Source of the DNA: Chiloscyllium plagiosum
Taxonomy: Eukaryota
Direction of reading: 5' to 3'
DNA length: 64,000 nucleotides
Assembly: GCF_004010195.1 (NCBI RefSeq)
Contig: NC_057718.1
Location: forward strand, 105,523,024-105,587,023
Shown here: piece by piece, positions 1 to 12,912 of the stretch
How the letters are laid out: every line of letters starts with the position of its first letter
Position numbering within the stretch: position 1 is the stretch's first letter
Made by a program: the position numbers and the translations under genes
The notes under the pieces: generated by a model
What the model was told of the DNA's origin: nothing
The model's database searches: none
What the model saw: only the letters and a program-made list of their open reading frames with translations

Positions 1-733
1 AAAGTACTGGGCTAATGGTAGGATTCTTGGGAGTGCAGATGAGCAGAGAGATCTCGGTGTCCATGTACACAGATCCCTGAAAGTTGCCACCCAAATTGAC
101 AGGGTTGTTAAGAAGGCATACAGTGTTTTGGCCTTTATTAATAGAGGGATTGATTTCTGGAACCAGGAGGTTATGCTGCAGCTGTACAAAGCTCTGGTAT
201 GGCCACACTTGGAGTATTGTGTACAGTTCTTGTCACCGCATTATAAGAAGGGTGTGGAAGCTTTGGAAAGGGTGCAGAGGAGATTTACTAGGATGTTGCC
301 TGGTATGGAAGGAATGTCTTATGAAGAAGGGCTGAGGACCTTGAGGCTGTTCTCGTTAGAGAGAAGAAGGTTGAGAGGTGACTTAATAGAGACATACAAG
401 ATAATCAGAGGGTTAGATAGGGTGGAAAGGGAGAGCCTTTTTCCAAGTATGGCGTCGGCAAACACGAGGGGATCCAACTTTAAAGTGAGGAGAGATAGAT
501 ATAAGACAGATGTCAGAGGTAGTTTCTTTACTCAGAGAGTAGTAAGGATATGGAATGCTTTGCCTGCAACGGTAGTAGATTCGCCAAGTTTAAGTGCATT
601 TAAGTCGTCATTGGACAAGCATATGGATGTACATGGAATAGTGTAGGTCGGATGGGCTTCAGATTAGTATGACAGGGCGGCGCAACATCGAGGGCCGAAG
701 GGCCTGTACTGCGCTGTAATGTTCTATGTTCTA
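1..733 (+). mobile_element. CR1-type LINE, 3' end of ORF2 and 3' UTR
   Basis: ORF 128-646 has LYKALVWPHLEYCVQF, LERVQRRFTRMLPG, RLRGDLIETYKII and FFTQRVVRIWNALP. Ends in a (GTTCTAT)n tail. Confidence 0.95.
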
Positions 734-1885
734 TGCTGGAAAAGCACAGCAGGTCAGGCAGCATCTGAAGAGTAGGAAAATCGACATTTCGGGCATAAGC
801 CCTTCATCAGGAATGAGGCTTGTGGGTTGGGGGTAAGAGATAAATGGGAGGGGGTGGGGCTGGAGGGGTGGGGTGGAGGTAGATGAGTGATAGGTGGATG
901 AAGGTGAGGGAGAAGGTAATAGGTCAGAAGGAGCAGTGATGGACAGGTCCGGAGGGCTGTACCGATTTGGAGGTTTGGGACTGGGATAATGTTGGGGAAG
1001 GGGAAATGAGGAAGCTGTTGAAACCCACATTTATCCCACGTGGTTGCAGGGTCCTAAGGCGGAATATGAGGCGTTCCTCCTCCAGGTGTCGGGTGATGAC
1101 GGTTTGGCGGTGAATGCGGCCCAGGACCTGCATGACCTTGATGGAGTGGGACAGGGAGTTGAAGTGTTCAGTCACGGTGCGGTGGGTTGGTGGGTCTGGG
1201 CGTCCCAGAGATGTTCTCTGAAACAATTCGCAAAGTGTCCTTGTTCCCCAATGTAGAGGAGACCGCACCAGGTACAATGGATGCAGTAGATGACATTGGT
1301 AGAGGTACAGGTAAATTTCTGATGGATGTGGAAGGATCCCTCGGGGCCTTGGACAGAGGTGAGGGGAGTGGTGTGGGTGCAGGTTTTGTACTTCCTGCGG
1401 TAGCAGGAAAAGGTGCCAGGAGTGAGGTGTGGGCTGGTGGGGGGGTGTGGACCTGACGAGGGAGTCACTGAGGGAATGGTCTTTCTGGAATGCTGGTAGG
1501 GGTGGGGAGGGAAATATATCTTTGGTGGTAGGGCCCGTTTGAAGGTGGCAGAAGTGACGGAGGATGATGCGATGCACACAGAGGTTGGTGGGGTGGAAGG
1601 TGAAGACCAGGGGTTCTGTCCGTGTTGCACTGAGAGGGGTCGGGTTCAAGGATGGTGGTGTGTAAAGTGGACGAAATGTGCTGGAGGGCATCGTCAATCA
1701 TGTGGGGAGGGAAGTTGCGATTATGGAAGGAGGAGGCCATCTGGGACTTTCTGAGGTGGAATTGGTCATCTTGGGAACAGATGTAGTGGAGGTGAAGGAA
1801 TTGGGAATAAGGGATGAAATTTTTAAGGAGGTAGGGTGGGAGGAGGTGTAGTCTAGGTAGCTGTAGGAGTCAGTGGGCTCGTAGT
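734..1885 (-). mobile_element. Penelope-like element (Neptune-type), GIY-YIG endonuclease end plus pLTR, frameshifted
   Basis: FTCTSTNVIYCIHCTWCGLLYIGE...FREH and HFNSLSHS...EERLIFRLRTLQPRGINV, preceded by a Cys-rich segment. pLTR with hammerhead motif at 778-814. Confidence 0.9.
778..814 (-). ncRNA. Minimal type I hammerhead ribozyme motif in pLTR
   Basis: Minus strand ATTC-CTGATGA-AGGGC-TTAT-GCCC-GAAA-TG-TC-GATT: both catalytic core strands plus stem II. Confidence 0.75.
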
Positions 1886-3982
1886 TATACTAGACTAACC
1901 TAACTTAGATTAGGTCAAATTAAATAAAGTCAACTTAAATTAACTTACATTAAATTCCACACCTAATGCATCCACCGAGGCTCCCATATACAGGAACATC
2001 AGTTATTAGATCCGTAGTTATTCAAGCTTCCTCCCCTTCCAAGGCCCCTGGACTGCCAAATTTGGCATTCACAGCTATACATAGGCCCTGGTCAATATGG
2101 CTGACAAGTCCATGTCTATGTAATTTAAGAAGGGCCACCTTCTTAAAATAGTTTCGTTTTCTGGTGCATCACATTTGTAAGAAAATCCAGAGGGTGGTGC
2201 TCCATCACTAATCTATGCCACCCATGAGACCTGGGGTGGTTTCCGAGGTCCAGCTCCATTAAATTATTCTTCCTTGCACAATATATGAGAACGTTGAATA
2301 ATCTTTTCCCGTGTTCATCTAGTGAAGGCAGATTTGGCAATCCCAAAAGAAGGGATACTGGATCCATAAGACCATAAGACATAGGGGTGGAAGCAAGGCC
2401 ATTCGGCTCATCGAGACCACTCTGCCATTTAATCATGGCTGACAGGCATTTCAATTCCACTTACCCGCACTCTCCCTGTAGCCCTTAATTCCTTGCGAGA
2501 TCAAGAATTTATCAATCTCTGTCTTGAAGACCCCCAACGTCTCAGCCTCCACTGTACTCCGTGGCAATGAATTCTACAGGCCCACCACTCTCTGGCTGAA
2601 GAAATGTCTCATTTCTTTTCTAAATTGACCCCCTCTAATTCTAAGGCTGTGCCTACAAGTCCTAGTCTCCCCGCCTAACGGAAACATCTCCATATTTCAA
2701 CCCCATTTGTCTTTAATAAAAGAGATAACCACCCCATACCCAGAAGAAGGAAGGGAGTAACAGGAATTAGTAAAAAAAGGAATTTTACATCAAAGCAATG
2801 CCAAGCATATAAACCCAAGAACCGAGAGAGTAAGGGGTATAACATTCCATAGTTTTCTCTGACCCAGACTATCTATTTCAAAGAATCTAGGAAGTCCCTT
2901 GCTTTGTCTGCTGAGTCACAGTTGTAAACAGACCCTCCATGGGTGAAGCGCAGTACAGCTGGGTACATCACAGTGTATTGGATATTCAGGTCTCTCGACC
3001 TCTTCCTGACTTCATCAAAAGATTTCCTCTTCTTGATTGCAACCCCAGAGAAGTCTTGAAAGAACATAATGATCGACCCCTTGTACACCAGGGCCTGTGC
3101 CCGAAACGTCGAATCTCCTGTTCCCTGGATGCTGCCTGATCTGCTGTGCTGTTCCAGCAATAAAGTTTCAACCTGTGAGTCTTTTCCCAGCCTTCTGGAG
3201 GCTTTCATTATCATGGGGAACAGATGTAGTGGAGTCACTCTAGGACTGGGCGGGGACGCTGATACGACCTGGACCTGTGCATTGCAATCTGGTGGGCCCG
3301 CTCCACATACATCCGGCCTGATTCGACTCCCAGCCCCAGAAGCTGTGGACCCACTGCTCCAGGAAGCCGACCAGGTTCTCATCTTCTTCACATTTCGGGA
3401 GCCCAATTATCCATAAGTTCTTCCTTTAACCACGATTCTCGAGTTCATTGACCTGGTCCAATAGGACCCAAACTTGGCTTTTCAGCATTTGGATCCTCCC
3501 CTCCGAATTCTCCGCCACAGTCTCCGACGCTGCGGTGCTTTGTGCAAACTCTTCAAAGTGTCGATCAAGCATTTGGATCTCCTGCCCTTACTTTTGTAGC
3601 ATGGCAGAGATCGATTCCACCGCCGACTCGATTTTCTCTCTGAGTCTTACAAACTCTGAGACTAAGTATTGTTGCTCCAATGGGTTCAAAGGTGCCACTG
3701 CAGGAGTTGGGTCCATGGTCAAGGGTGTGCTCAACACTGTAGGGGAGTGGCCCTCTTCCTGCGATCCTCGCACTCCCTTACCTTTATTCGTCTTCATCTT
3801 CTTCTCAAACTGTTAAGATCAGTATTTAAAGGTTCTAGGGGTTTTGTTTGACTTTATTTTCCCAATTTTTCTTATAGATGGCTGGTGGGGGATTGGGGCA
3901 GGATAAAAGCACCACTTTACTTGGGTTACGGTGCAGAGCCCAGCATAGCAGACCTATTAGATTGCTGCCATCTTGGATCCCC
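1886..3982 (-). mobile_element. L1/Tx1-clade LINE remnant: 5' end, ORF1, probable ORF2 tail; most of ORF2 missing; interrupted by CR1 and pLTR pieces
   Basis: ORF1 C-terminus IMFFQDFSGVAIKKRKSFDEVRKRSRDLNIQYTVMYPAVLRFTHGG is typical of the L1 ORF1 C-terminal domain. Minus-strand 5' end reads GGGGATCCAAGATGGC. ORF2-tail-like peptide DPVSLLLG...YCARK...W at about 2150-2365. Confidence 0.75.
2365..2690 (-). mobile_element. CR1 3' fragment nested in the L1 remnant
   Basis: Close copy of the CR1 3' end at 47935-48260. Tail reads cataagaccataagacatagg on the plus strand. Confidence 0.85.
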
Positions 3983-4925
3983 TCCACATCTATCCTGTTA
4001 AATTGTCTAAAAATCTTAAAAGCTTGAATAACGTCACCTCTCATTCTTCTAAATTCCAATGAGTACATGACCAATCTACTCAATCTTGCCTCATAAGGTA
4101 ATCCGCAATAACTGTTATCAGCTTGATGAATCTCCTCTGGACTGCCTCCAATCTTTCCTTAGATAATGGGTTCAAAATCATTCACAATATCCCAACTATG
4201 GTCTGACTAGTGCCTTGCAAGTTTTAGCAAAACCTCCCTACTTTTATACTCCATTCTCTTTAAAATAAAGGCTAACATTCCACTTGCCTTTCCTATTCCT
4301 TATTATGAATTTAGATGCTAGCTTTTTGAGATTCATGAACAAGAACTCCCAAATTTCTTTGTTCTGTAGCTTTCAGCAGTCTTTCTCTATTACATAATAT
4401 TAAGATCCTTTATTCTTCCTGCCAGAATGCACAATCTCACATTTCTCACTGTATTCCATCAGCCAAGTTTTTGCTCACTCACATAACCTGTCTCTATCCC
4501 TCTGCAGACTCTGTGACATCCTCACTACTTGTCTTCCTATCTATTTTTGGTTTATTTGCGATCTTGGTGACAGTACATTCATTATCCTCACCAAGGCCAT
4601 TAATGGATGTTGTAAATAATTGTGGCCCCACCATTGACCACCGCGGCACAATACCAGTTATAGCTTGCCAGACTGAAAGTGCCCCCTTACTCTAACTCTG
4701 TTTTCTATTAGCTAGCCGATCCTGTAGCCATGCTAAATACTTCCTCCAACATTAAGGACTCTTCTTATTAAATAGCCTAATGTGCGACACCTCATCAGAC
4801 ACCTTTTGAAAATCCAAATGCATTACATCTACTGTTGCCCCTTTATCTATACTGTCCGTTAGATCCTGAAAGAATTCTTCATGAAGCAATGCTGACTCTG
4901 CTTGATCATATCATGCATTTCTAAA
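3983..4925 (-). mobile_element. Old CR1-type RT fragment
   Basis: Degenerate LYSLEFRRMRGDVIQAFKI and DFQK-region remnants on the minus strand. Confidence 0.7.
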
Positions 4926-7900
4926 TGCTCTGATATTACATTTGAAACCTTACATTTCTTAGATAACAATTTCTTACAGCTTCAAGATTAAATGAATTTG
5001 CTCCTAATCTATGACATAACACTTAATTTTTCCAGCCCCACAATAAATAGCCAATGGATGCTGACCATTCATCAGAATAAGTGTCTACGAACTGCAACAT
5101 CACTCAATGACTTGCATTGTCAACAGTGAGGTTTCTACTTACTTATTCACTTCTTGTCTAACTGAAGAATATCAGCCTTCTAGAATAGAGCATTTTTCCA
5201 TTTGAAATAATTTGTTTAATTATTGAAGTTTAGATAATGTGCATGAGGAAGATTCCCCCACCCCAAAGTCGGGAATATTTAACTATAACTCCAGCATTGA
5301 CACAATACTTCTTTGCTCATAACTGAGCTGGCACTGGACAGCAGTTTAAGACTCCCAGGAAGAGGGAGATCTTGCTCTTTGTTTAAAATCAGTTCCTCTT
5401 ATACTACAGCTATAGCTTTATCATCAAAGAGCACTAGAAACCACCAAGTACCAATCTAAAGTTTGTTGTATAATAACATCTTGAGGCTTCCAATTTGTGT
5501 TAAGAGTAATTTGTGTTATTGGACACTATTTGTTGAAACTGCTGAAAGACATTTCACATGGGGCCCAGCAAAGAGAAAACATTTCCACCCAATCAGTCTT
5601 TGATGAATTCAAATTATGATCTCAGTGGTGAAAAGTCAATTTTTTAAACAACTGCACCAGTTAGGTACTCTTTCAGGGTTTTAAAAAAAGTGAAAGGTCA
5701 GAATTTTATGAAGTGAAAAAAGTAGACTATTAAGATGAGATGTCAGGACATCTCCACTGACACCAATTTTAAAATTGCTATTTTAAAAATCAAGTTCTGT
5801 TACATTACAGTTCCCCCAATCCTGTCTCCACCAACACAACTGGTTCATAAAGGCCAATTGTGGAAGGCCATTATGGAATTCAGAACTCGAAATGTACATA
5901 CAAATATCTTTCTTATTTTACACGACTTTCTCCTCATTATAGACACGGCTATTGAATAGAGGAGTTCCAACAATCTGTCTGTAACACTGGAGAGAAAAGG
6001 CAACTATGTCTCACTCCTATATAAAAACAGTTTAAGAAAGCTGTGTAGCAAAGAGACATTAGAAAATAATCAATTTTAAATTGATTTAATTTTCAAACAC
6101 TAAAAACGCTTTCACCTGAGAGAATTCAGTACCATTAGCTAATGAATACTTCACTGGGGAAGCCTACCCTGAATAATATTGAATATTATTAAAGGAATGC
6201 AGATAATTTACTTTTGCAGTAAACCATAGAAGTAATTATATCAATATCTGTCAACAAAGCAGCTCATTTTAAACTACACAAATCTATAAATTAGGTCTTG
6301 CATATGACTGCCACATATAGAAGGAAATAAATTAGATTCAACATTAACACTAATCCTGCCAGCTGTGTTTTGCTGGTGGAGTCACAGTCAACAACAGTTA
6401 ATTTGTTAATCACACACATAATTAATGTCGATCATGAAATCAATCAAATATTTCAAATACATTCTTCAAAGCAAAGTTGGTTATAAATATTGGACATTAA
6501 ACAATCTGTTTATTTAAGAAAGAAATTATATTTCAACGTATTTGCCCAATTTTGTTTTGAATTTCAGTCAATGTATACGTAACAAGTAGGAGATTCAGAA
6601 TTTTCTTTGCAATCTGCAGCATTTTATTAAAACTCAGCAATTATTACTTCTTTGAGCTAATGAACTTCAAACAAAGAATCTTGTATGAAAGACTTAAAGA
6701 CAGAGAAAAGATGCAGAATTAGAATAAAATAGTTCTCAATAGTACAACTTAATTTTAAAAATAATGAGTTTCATAAGGAATTCCATCTAATGCAAAAATA
6801 TAAAGACTTTGCTTTGGTGTGAAACAATTGTACAGTTCTTAAAAATGTGTTGCATCCATGTAACAGTACCTATAGTCACACGTTATGTTTTGCCTACGAG
6901 CACAAATCCCTAAATAGTTACAAACGGAAAAATATCACATAGGAAACAATAATGGAGGAGGAGGGAAAACTAGTATTTGTGAATACTACACAGTGTGATT
7001 CCAAATAAACATGGGCAAAAATAGAAATTACTCTGAATCCATAATAAGGCATTTCAAATGCACTTACTGTTCTTTTTACCATATAGATATGTCGTATTGA
7101 TAGCAAGTTGTCCATTCAAAAATGTACCAAAATAATCATGCAGGATTATTTCCAAAAATAACTTAGCATTTTTTAGTTTAAAGATTGATGTATTTGTTTA
7201 AGTCTTTGTTTCAAAATAAAACGGCTTACTGGAAGTAACTAATACCAAAGATAAATCAATCTTGTTATTAATAACTCCAACTGAAGACTTAGCAGATTTA
7301 TCAAATTACACAAAATATTAATGTCTGATCAAAACAAGGGCTTCTCATTTCAACTCTAACCATTTGTTATTTAATCCAATAATATTAATCCAATTTGTCG
7401 ATCAGTATTTTATGGAGCAGAATGTAACTTTGCAGGCTTACATACTTTTAAGAGAACAATATTTTGCAGATGAATGCCTTATGTTTCAGTTTTGCTTGAT
7501 TGTTTCTACCTCTAATGTCTAAGGGAAGAAAGAACAAGATGGACATTGTTCCTACTGATTAAGTAAGAGCTCATTAAAGAGCTGTCAGCATCACACTTTG
7601 AATATGCATGAAGCATATAATCAGATCTAGCACTGTCACTGGAGGAGAAAATGGCAACTACAAAGGATTGGTTTAATTATGTTGAGTGGGCTATGGTGGT
7701 AGACCAGTCTTGTTAGGGAGAAAAAAGGTTGTATTCTGGCACCATAAAAAGGCAGTTTAGCTTCTGTCACAATACCTAATCTCAAGATTAGATATGAAAG
7801 CACACTGCTTTTGTTGTTTAAAACTAGTTCTGTTGGTGTTTAAAAAAAACACAAAAAGCGAACATAACACATTTTTGCTTGTTTAACTTTCCCTGGCTAG

Positions 7901-10900
7901 ATATGCAATGTGTGAAAAAAAATCCAGGCATCTACCAAGATTCTCTACTTCAACCCTTCAAAATGTGTATTATCACAGAGTACTGTATTGTTACAGGAAA
8001 GTAACTACAGCTAGTCACATTTTTATTCTACAATATCTGTGACAATGGCATGTAATTCCCCTTAGTAAACAACATTTCCTTGCATACGAAGGGATAACAT
8101 GATTCAGCTAATAACATCAGCTAGAATAAATAAATCTTGGCTACAAGAGATTTGGAAGACAGTACTAATTTAATTTCACTTCACATGTTCTTAAGTGCTA
8201 TCTCTTTTGCAGCTCTTTTTCAGCTTGAGACTTACCATAACTAAAATGGATCAAGAACCTTGTGCTATAAATTATCTTTCAGTGAACAATAGGATAGCTC
8301 AGCATATTTTAAATAATATCAAATATGTTTCTTACCTCGGAAAAGCATCCTCATGGTGAACAGGAATGATTACTGGTATACACGATTAGGTGGCCCCTTT
8401 TTGCATGCTATTACTTATTCAAGCCCTCAAAGATAAACTGAACAAAACCTGAAATTATTCTGACCTCAGTACTTTAAATGCAGCTGCCCAACTTGTTTCT
8501 TTCAGTTATGTAATACTGTCCAACGTAGTACTTCAACAATATTGCTGTCATGGCACCAACAACAATTTATTTGATATATTGTTGATTACTTTCAATGAAT
8601 TGATTTGAAAATTATTAATAAGGTAAACTTGAAAGCAAAATCAACGAACTGGTGTTTCAATTAAACTAATGTGTAATTTTCCCTCTTACTGTTGCTGATG
8701 ATTTAAGCAAGTAAATCATAAAATTGAAACAGCCATACATAGCAAACAATTTTACTTAGTTCTCCTTTAGTTATTATCATATTTTTTTCCCCAGTTGCAA
8801 AAAAATTCTGAAAACCTATGAGTAACTGAAACATTTCTGCCGATAACAAGTAGGAAAATATTCCACAAAATTTCCAACAAAATCAATGTTATAAAGCTTT
8901 GTAATTTTATCAGAGTATAATAATTTCAATCTCATTACAATTTACTGAGCATTAACTTTTGATCACCCTAATAGTCAAACAAAGAGAGATTAAAACTGGT
9001 AATGTCTAATGTCATTATACAAATGCTGACAAATAATGGTGAATGCTCAGGTCTGCTTCTACTTTGTATATAGGCACATCATCAAGGGTATTGTGAAAAG
9101 TAGAACCCTTCAAGTAATTAATATAGCAAGGGAAGCAGATGAAAGATCAATGACAAAATCACCTGGTAAAACTGTAAAAAGACTTATTATATACAGAAAA
9201 TAGTGCAGAGAAACCTGTATTTTAACACTTATGTTCAACAGGCCCTTAAAAGCATAGAATGATGAGATGGAAAATCCATCCTTCCTAATAATCTTGTGAC
9301 AAAAGCTAAAAGACATCATCCTATTAACTACTGATCTCAATTGCTAATGCAGAGTACTTCCTGGTGCCTTTATATAGTACATCGCTATTAAAAAAACCAC
9401 TAAACATTCACTGTGAAGAACACAAGCTTCATTCACTCTTCATCAGCTTCCCTTGTAGGAGAACTATAAGTGGAACCAAAGATGTCATTGATATTATGAA
9501 GTGGAAATTAATCAGAAATTTTTCTCATATTTTCGCTGTCACACTAATTTACTTTTGTATAAATTTTACCCAGTTAAAAAGTTCATAGCTAAACCCCCTG
9601 TTGCAGCCTTTTTAGTTCAGAATATTCAATGAGCAAGTCAACTGAAAAGCACTCGGACTGAACACAAAAAGTGTTCAAAATTCTCATTTAGTTGTCTTTA
9701 TTTTGCTAGCGCCATGTGGTCCTTGAAGATGTAGAAAACACGGGAAGCCGAGTAAAGATCAGAGCTGGCTCATTAGCATTCTGACAAAATTGGAGCGGTG
9801 GAGATGTATAGTTTGCCTAGTTTGCCGTTTTGAAAGCTGCCGGTGGTAAGCTCTCTATTTCATTGTGCTTTTGTCTTTTGGCGTTTTCAACCCAGCAGGG
9901 TGTTTGTTAGCTTTGGTTTACACACTGCATTATGGGAAGTTTTTCCTGCAGTCTATGGGTGTCTCTTCTCTGTTAAACCTTAAGCAAGTTTCTGTATTCA
10001 GCAAATAATTATGATTTTCTTTTTAAAAACAGAAAATTCTGAATTAAAACAAAAGATTGATAAGCTGATAGCAAAAATATTGATCAAATTTATTATGTAT
10101 TGATTTCATCCCAATTATTCTTTGACTGGAGCAGTTTTCATAACTAAAGCTACTTTAAGTTTCTGAAGTTTCCAAAAACAGAAATGAATGTTTCAGTCTA
10201 AACTCTATACATCCAATATCAGACAAGCATAAAGAAGAGCTATGAGGAGTTGCAGTGCTGACCACTCAAATCTCAAATGGGGTTTCTTTTGATAAACAAA
10301 ATGATTTTACTGATGCTGCTATCATGCAAACAACATTTCAAAATAGAAGTGAAATGGATAAAGGTCTTGTTGGATGAATTTATCTGTTAAATCCCTGCAG
10401 TTGCCCTCCTGTCTTGGATGATGACCTGCAAGAATGTCAACAGCTCATTGCCCAGGGAGCTGGAAGGAGTCACCAGGCAAGCCATAATCTGCTCATTCTC
10501 AAAGCACCATTTCAAAGTTGCATTTCACAAGCTGTTTAAAAGGATTTTGTCTCTGCTAGGTTGCCAGCATTCAAAACGTCACTAGTTCTGAAATGTTACT
10601 GTCCTCAAGTTATTTAAAGTAAAATATAACTGATCAACCTCTCAGTAATCTTATTTGAGAAACAAAGTAGCAACAGTTTATTAAAGAGGGGATAATTTTA
10701 ACTATTGTAGTAGCTATCTTAGAAATTATGGACATTAACATCCTGAATGCTATAAATAAAAACAGGTCTGATCAGTTTTGTTAAAGTTCAATGTTCCTGT
10801 TCTAGTTGCATCTTGGTTTCTATAGTCTTAATGACCAGATGCTTCAAAAATGATCAACAATTGAGGAGTGAGAATACATTAATGAATGATTTTTGAGCTT

Positions 10901-12855
10901 TGATGGCATTAAAATGCATCTCTTTTCTTGATGTGCCATGTGAATGTTCTCCTGTAAACGGGGTCTTGACAAGTGAGGCCACCCAGCTGAAAACAACTGA
11001 TGCAAAACCCAGGAGTAATCCCCCTGTTTAGCTCAGTACCATGGATAGCCCTAACACTACCTCTATTATTTGATGGATTTAGGCAAATTTTCATTTATTT
11101 CTTGGCCCCTGTCTTCAACTTACTTGCCATTTTAAGGACTTCAAAACCCCATTCCCATGTAAATAGATTTGCATATAGTTGTGTACAATTCAATACCACA
11201 AGTCTCAGGAAGCCCTTGGGATAGAGAGTCACAAAGTACACATTTTAAACATCTGAAAATGTTTTATAAAGAGAAAAATCATAAGTTTAATGTATAGCTG
11301 TACATCACTTGTCTTGCATGGCATTTTGGAAAGCACTTTAACAAGATGTGTTATTAGATTAATCAAAGGGGATCAGTGCAATTCAATTTAAAAGGAACAT
11401 TGCTAAGCCACAAAGGTAATCTCAATGATGCTAGGAATTCCAATTTTCTTGATTATTACTTTAACAATCTTTTCTTAAATGTTTAAAAGTACACTTAAAT
11501 ACAATCTAAAATAATCATGTGAGGACTTGATGGTAAGTATTCAAAATGGTCACTTTCACATTTCTACAGGTTCCAAATCTGAAAACAAAATAAAATGCAT
11601 CCTTTCATATTCACTGGGCTACACTTCAGCAAACATGACTGGTCTCAAGTGAGAAAACACCAGGAGAAGTATTCCACAAAAGAAATGCCAATGTCTGTTG
11701 ACAGTCCCAATTTTCTTTGCATAATTTTCTCCACCTCTCTCATTAGCTACTGACTGTTACCTCTCCAGGACATGTAGTGTAACAAATTTACCAAGCATTT
11801 ACTAGGCATAACCAGGAAATGTTTCAAACATTTGCATTTAAACCAAGTTCTGAGAGTCAGAATTTGCATCTGAAAAAGAAGAGGTAACAAAGCTCAAGAT
11901 CCACACTGCTACATATTCCAGTTTTTAGTATTTTGCTGAAATCAAAAATTGCAGGTAGGTTCGAACATCCTTCATTCTAGTTACTAATTCAATACAATTA
12001 AGCGATAACCTGGTTAAAAAAAACATCAATACAGTGGCCAATTAAGAAGCAGCATGTACCATCTCCAGCTTTACAACTGAACATAGCTTTTTAAAGGGTT
12101 GCTCTGATCACCACTACATTCTGACATTGGGTTAATCTTTGACTAGATAAATTTAAAAAGCCAATGACAAAATAGTTATAATACAGCAAATGAATAATTG
12201 TCTGTTCAGTGTATTGTTAGTTAGATCTTAAAGAAACTAATTACATACAAAATAATGGATACATAGAATGATTATATGGCAGTAATCTCATCAAGGTGTT
12301 TAGATAACCTCAAAATTGCAAGTGCTAAAAAGCAGTCACCTGAACACTTGAGATTAAATTGCAGCCCTTGAAATGTCCCCTGTGTACTCTTCCTTTAAAG
12401 TGTATTGCAGAGTTTGGGGTTAAACCATTTCAAACCATTTTTTGGTAGTGGAAGGTGTCATGGAGGATACTAGCAGCCAACATGTTCCATATAGATGATG
12501 CATGAGGCATACACACTGATAACAACTGTGACATAACCACTTTGCTCTGTGATTAAAGAAAATAGTAAATTCAAGTTCTCTCTTCACTAGTTGACAATCC
12601 ACAATTATAGGGAAATGAGTTATTGCCAGTCTTATCAATTTTCACAGTTTTAATATTTTTCTATAGTTTGCTCAAGAACTTTGAGTCCCTGTAATGATGC
12701 AAATGTTGAGCACAAATATAGTATTGATCTGATGCAGGACAGCCAAGCAATCAGATTGAAGCTTTCACCAGCCATCTGGTATGAGAACCCAGATTTCTGC
12801 AACATCCCAATGCCCATACTTGTCACAACTTTCTACCACTAACCTGCCTTCCTGT

Positions 12856-12912
12856 TTCTCTCTCGCTCTCTCTCTCACACACACACAGACAGACACAGAC
12901 ACAGACACACAC
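12856..12912. repeat. Compound microsatellite (TC)n(CA)n(CAGACA)n
   Basis: Seen directly. Confidence 0.9.

Noticed and set aside
9045..9087. Minus-strand TGATGA...CTGA as a C/D snoRNA
   Set aside because: Only about 40 nt between the boxes and no terminal stem.
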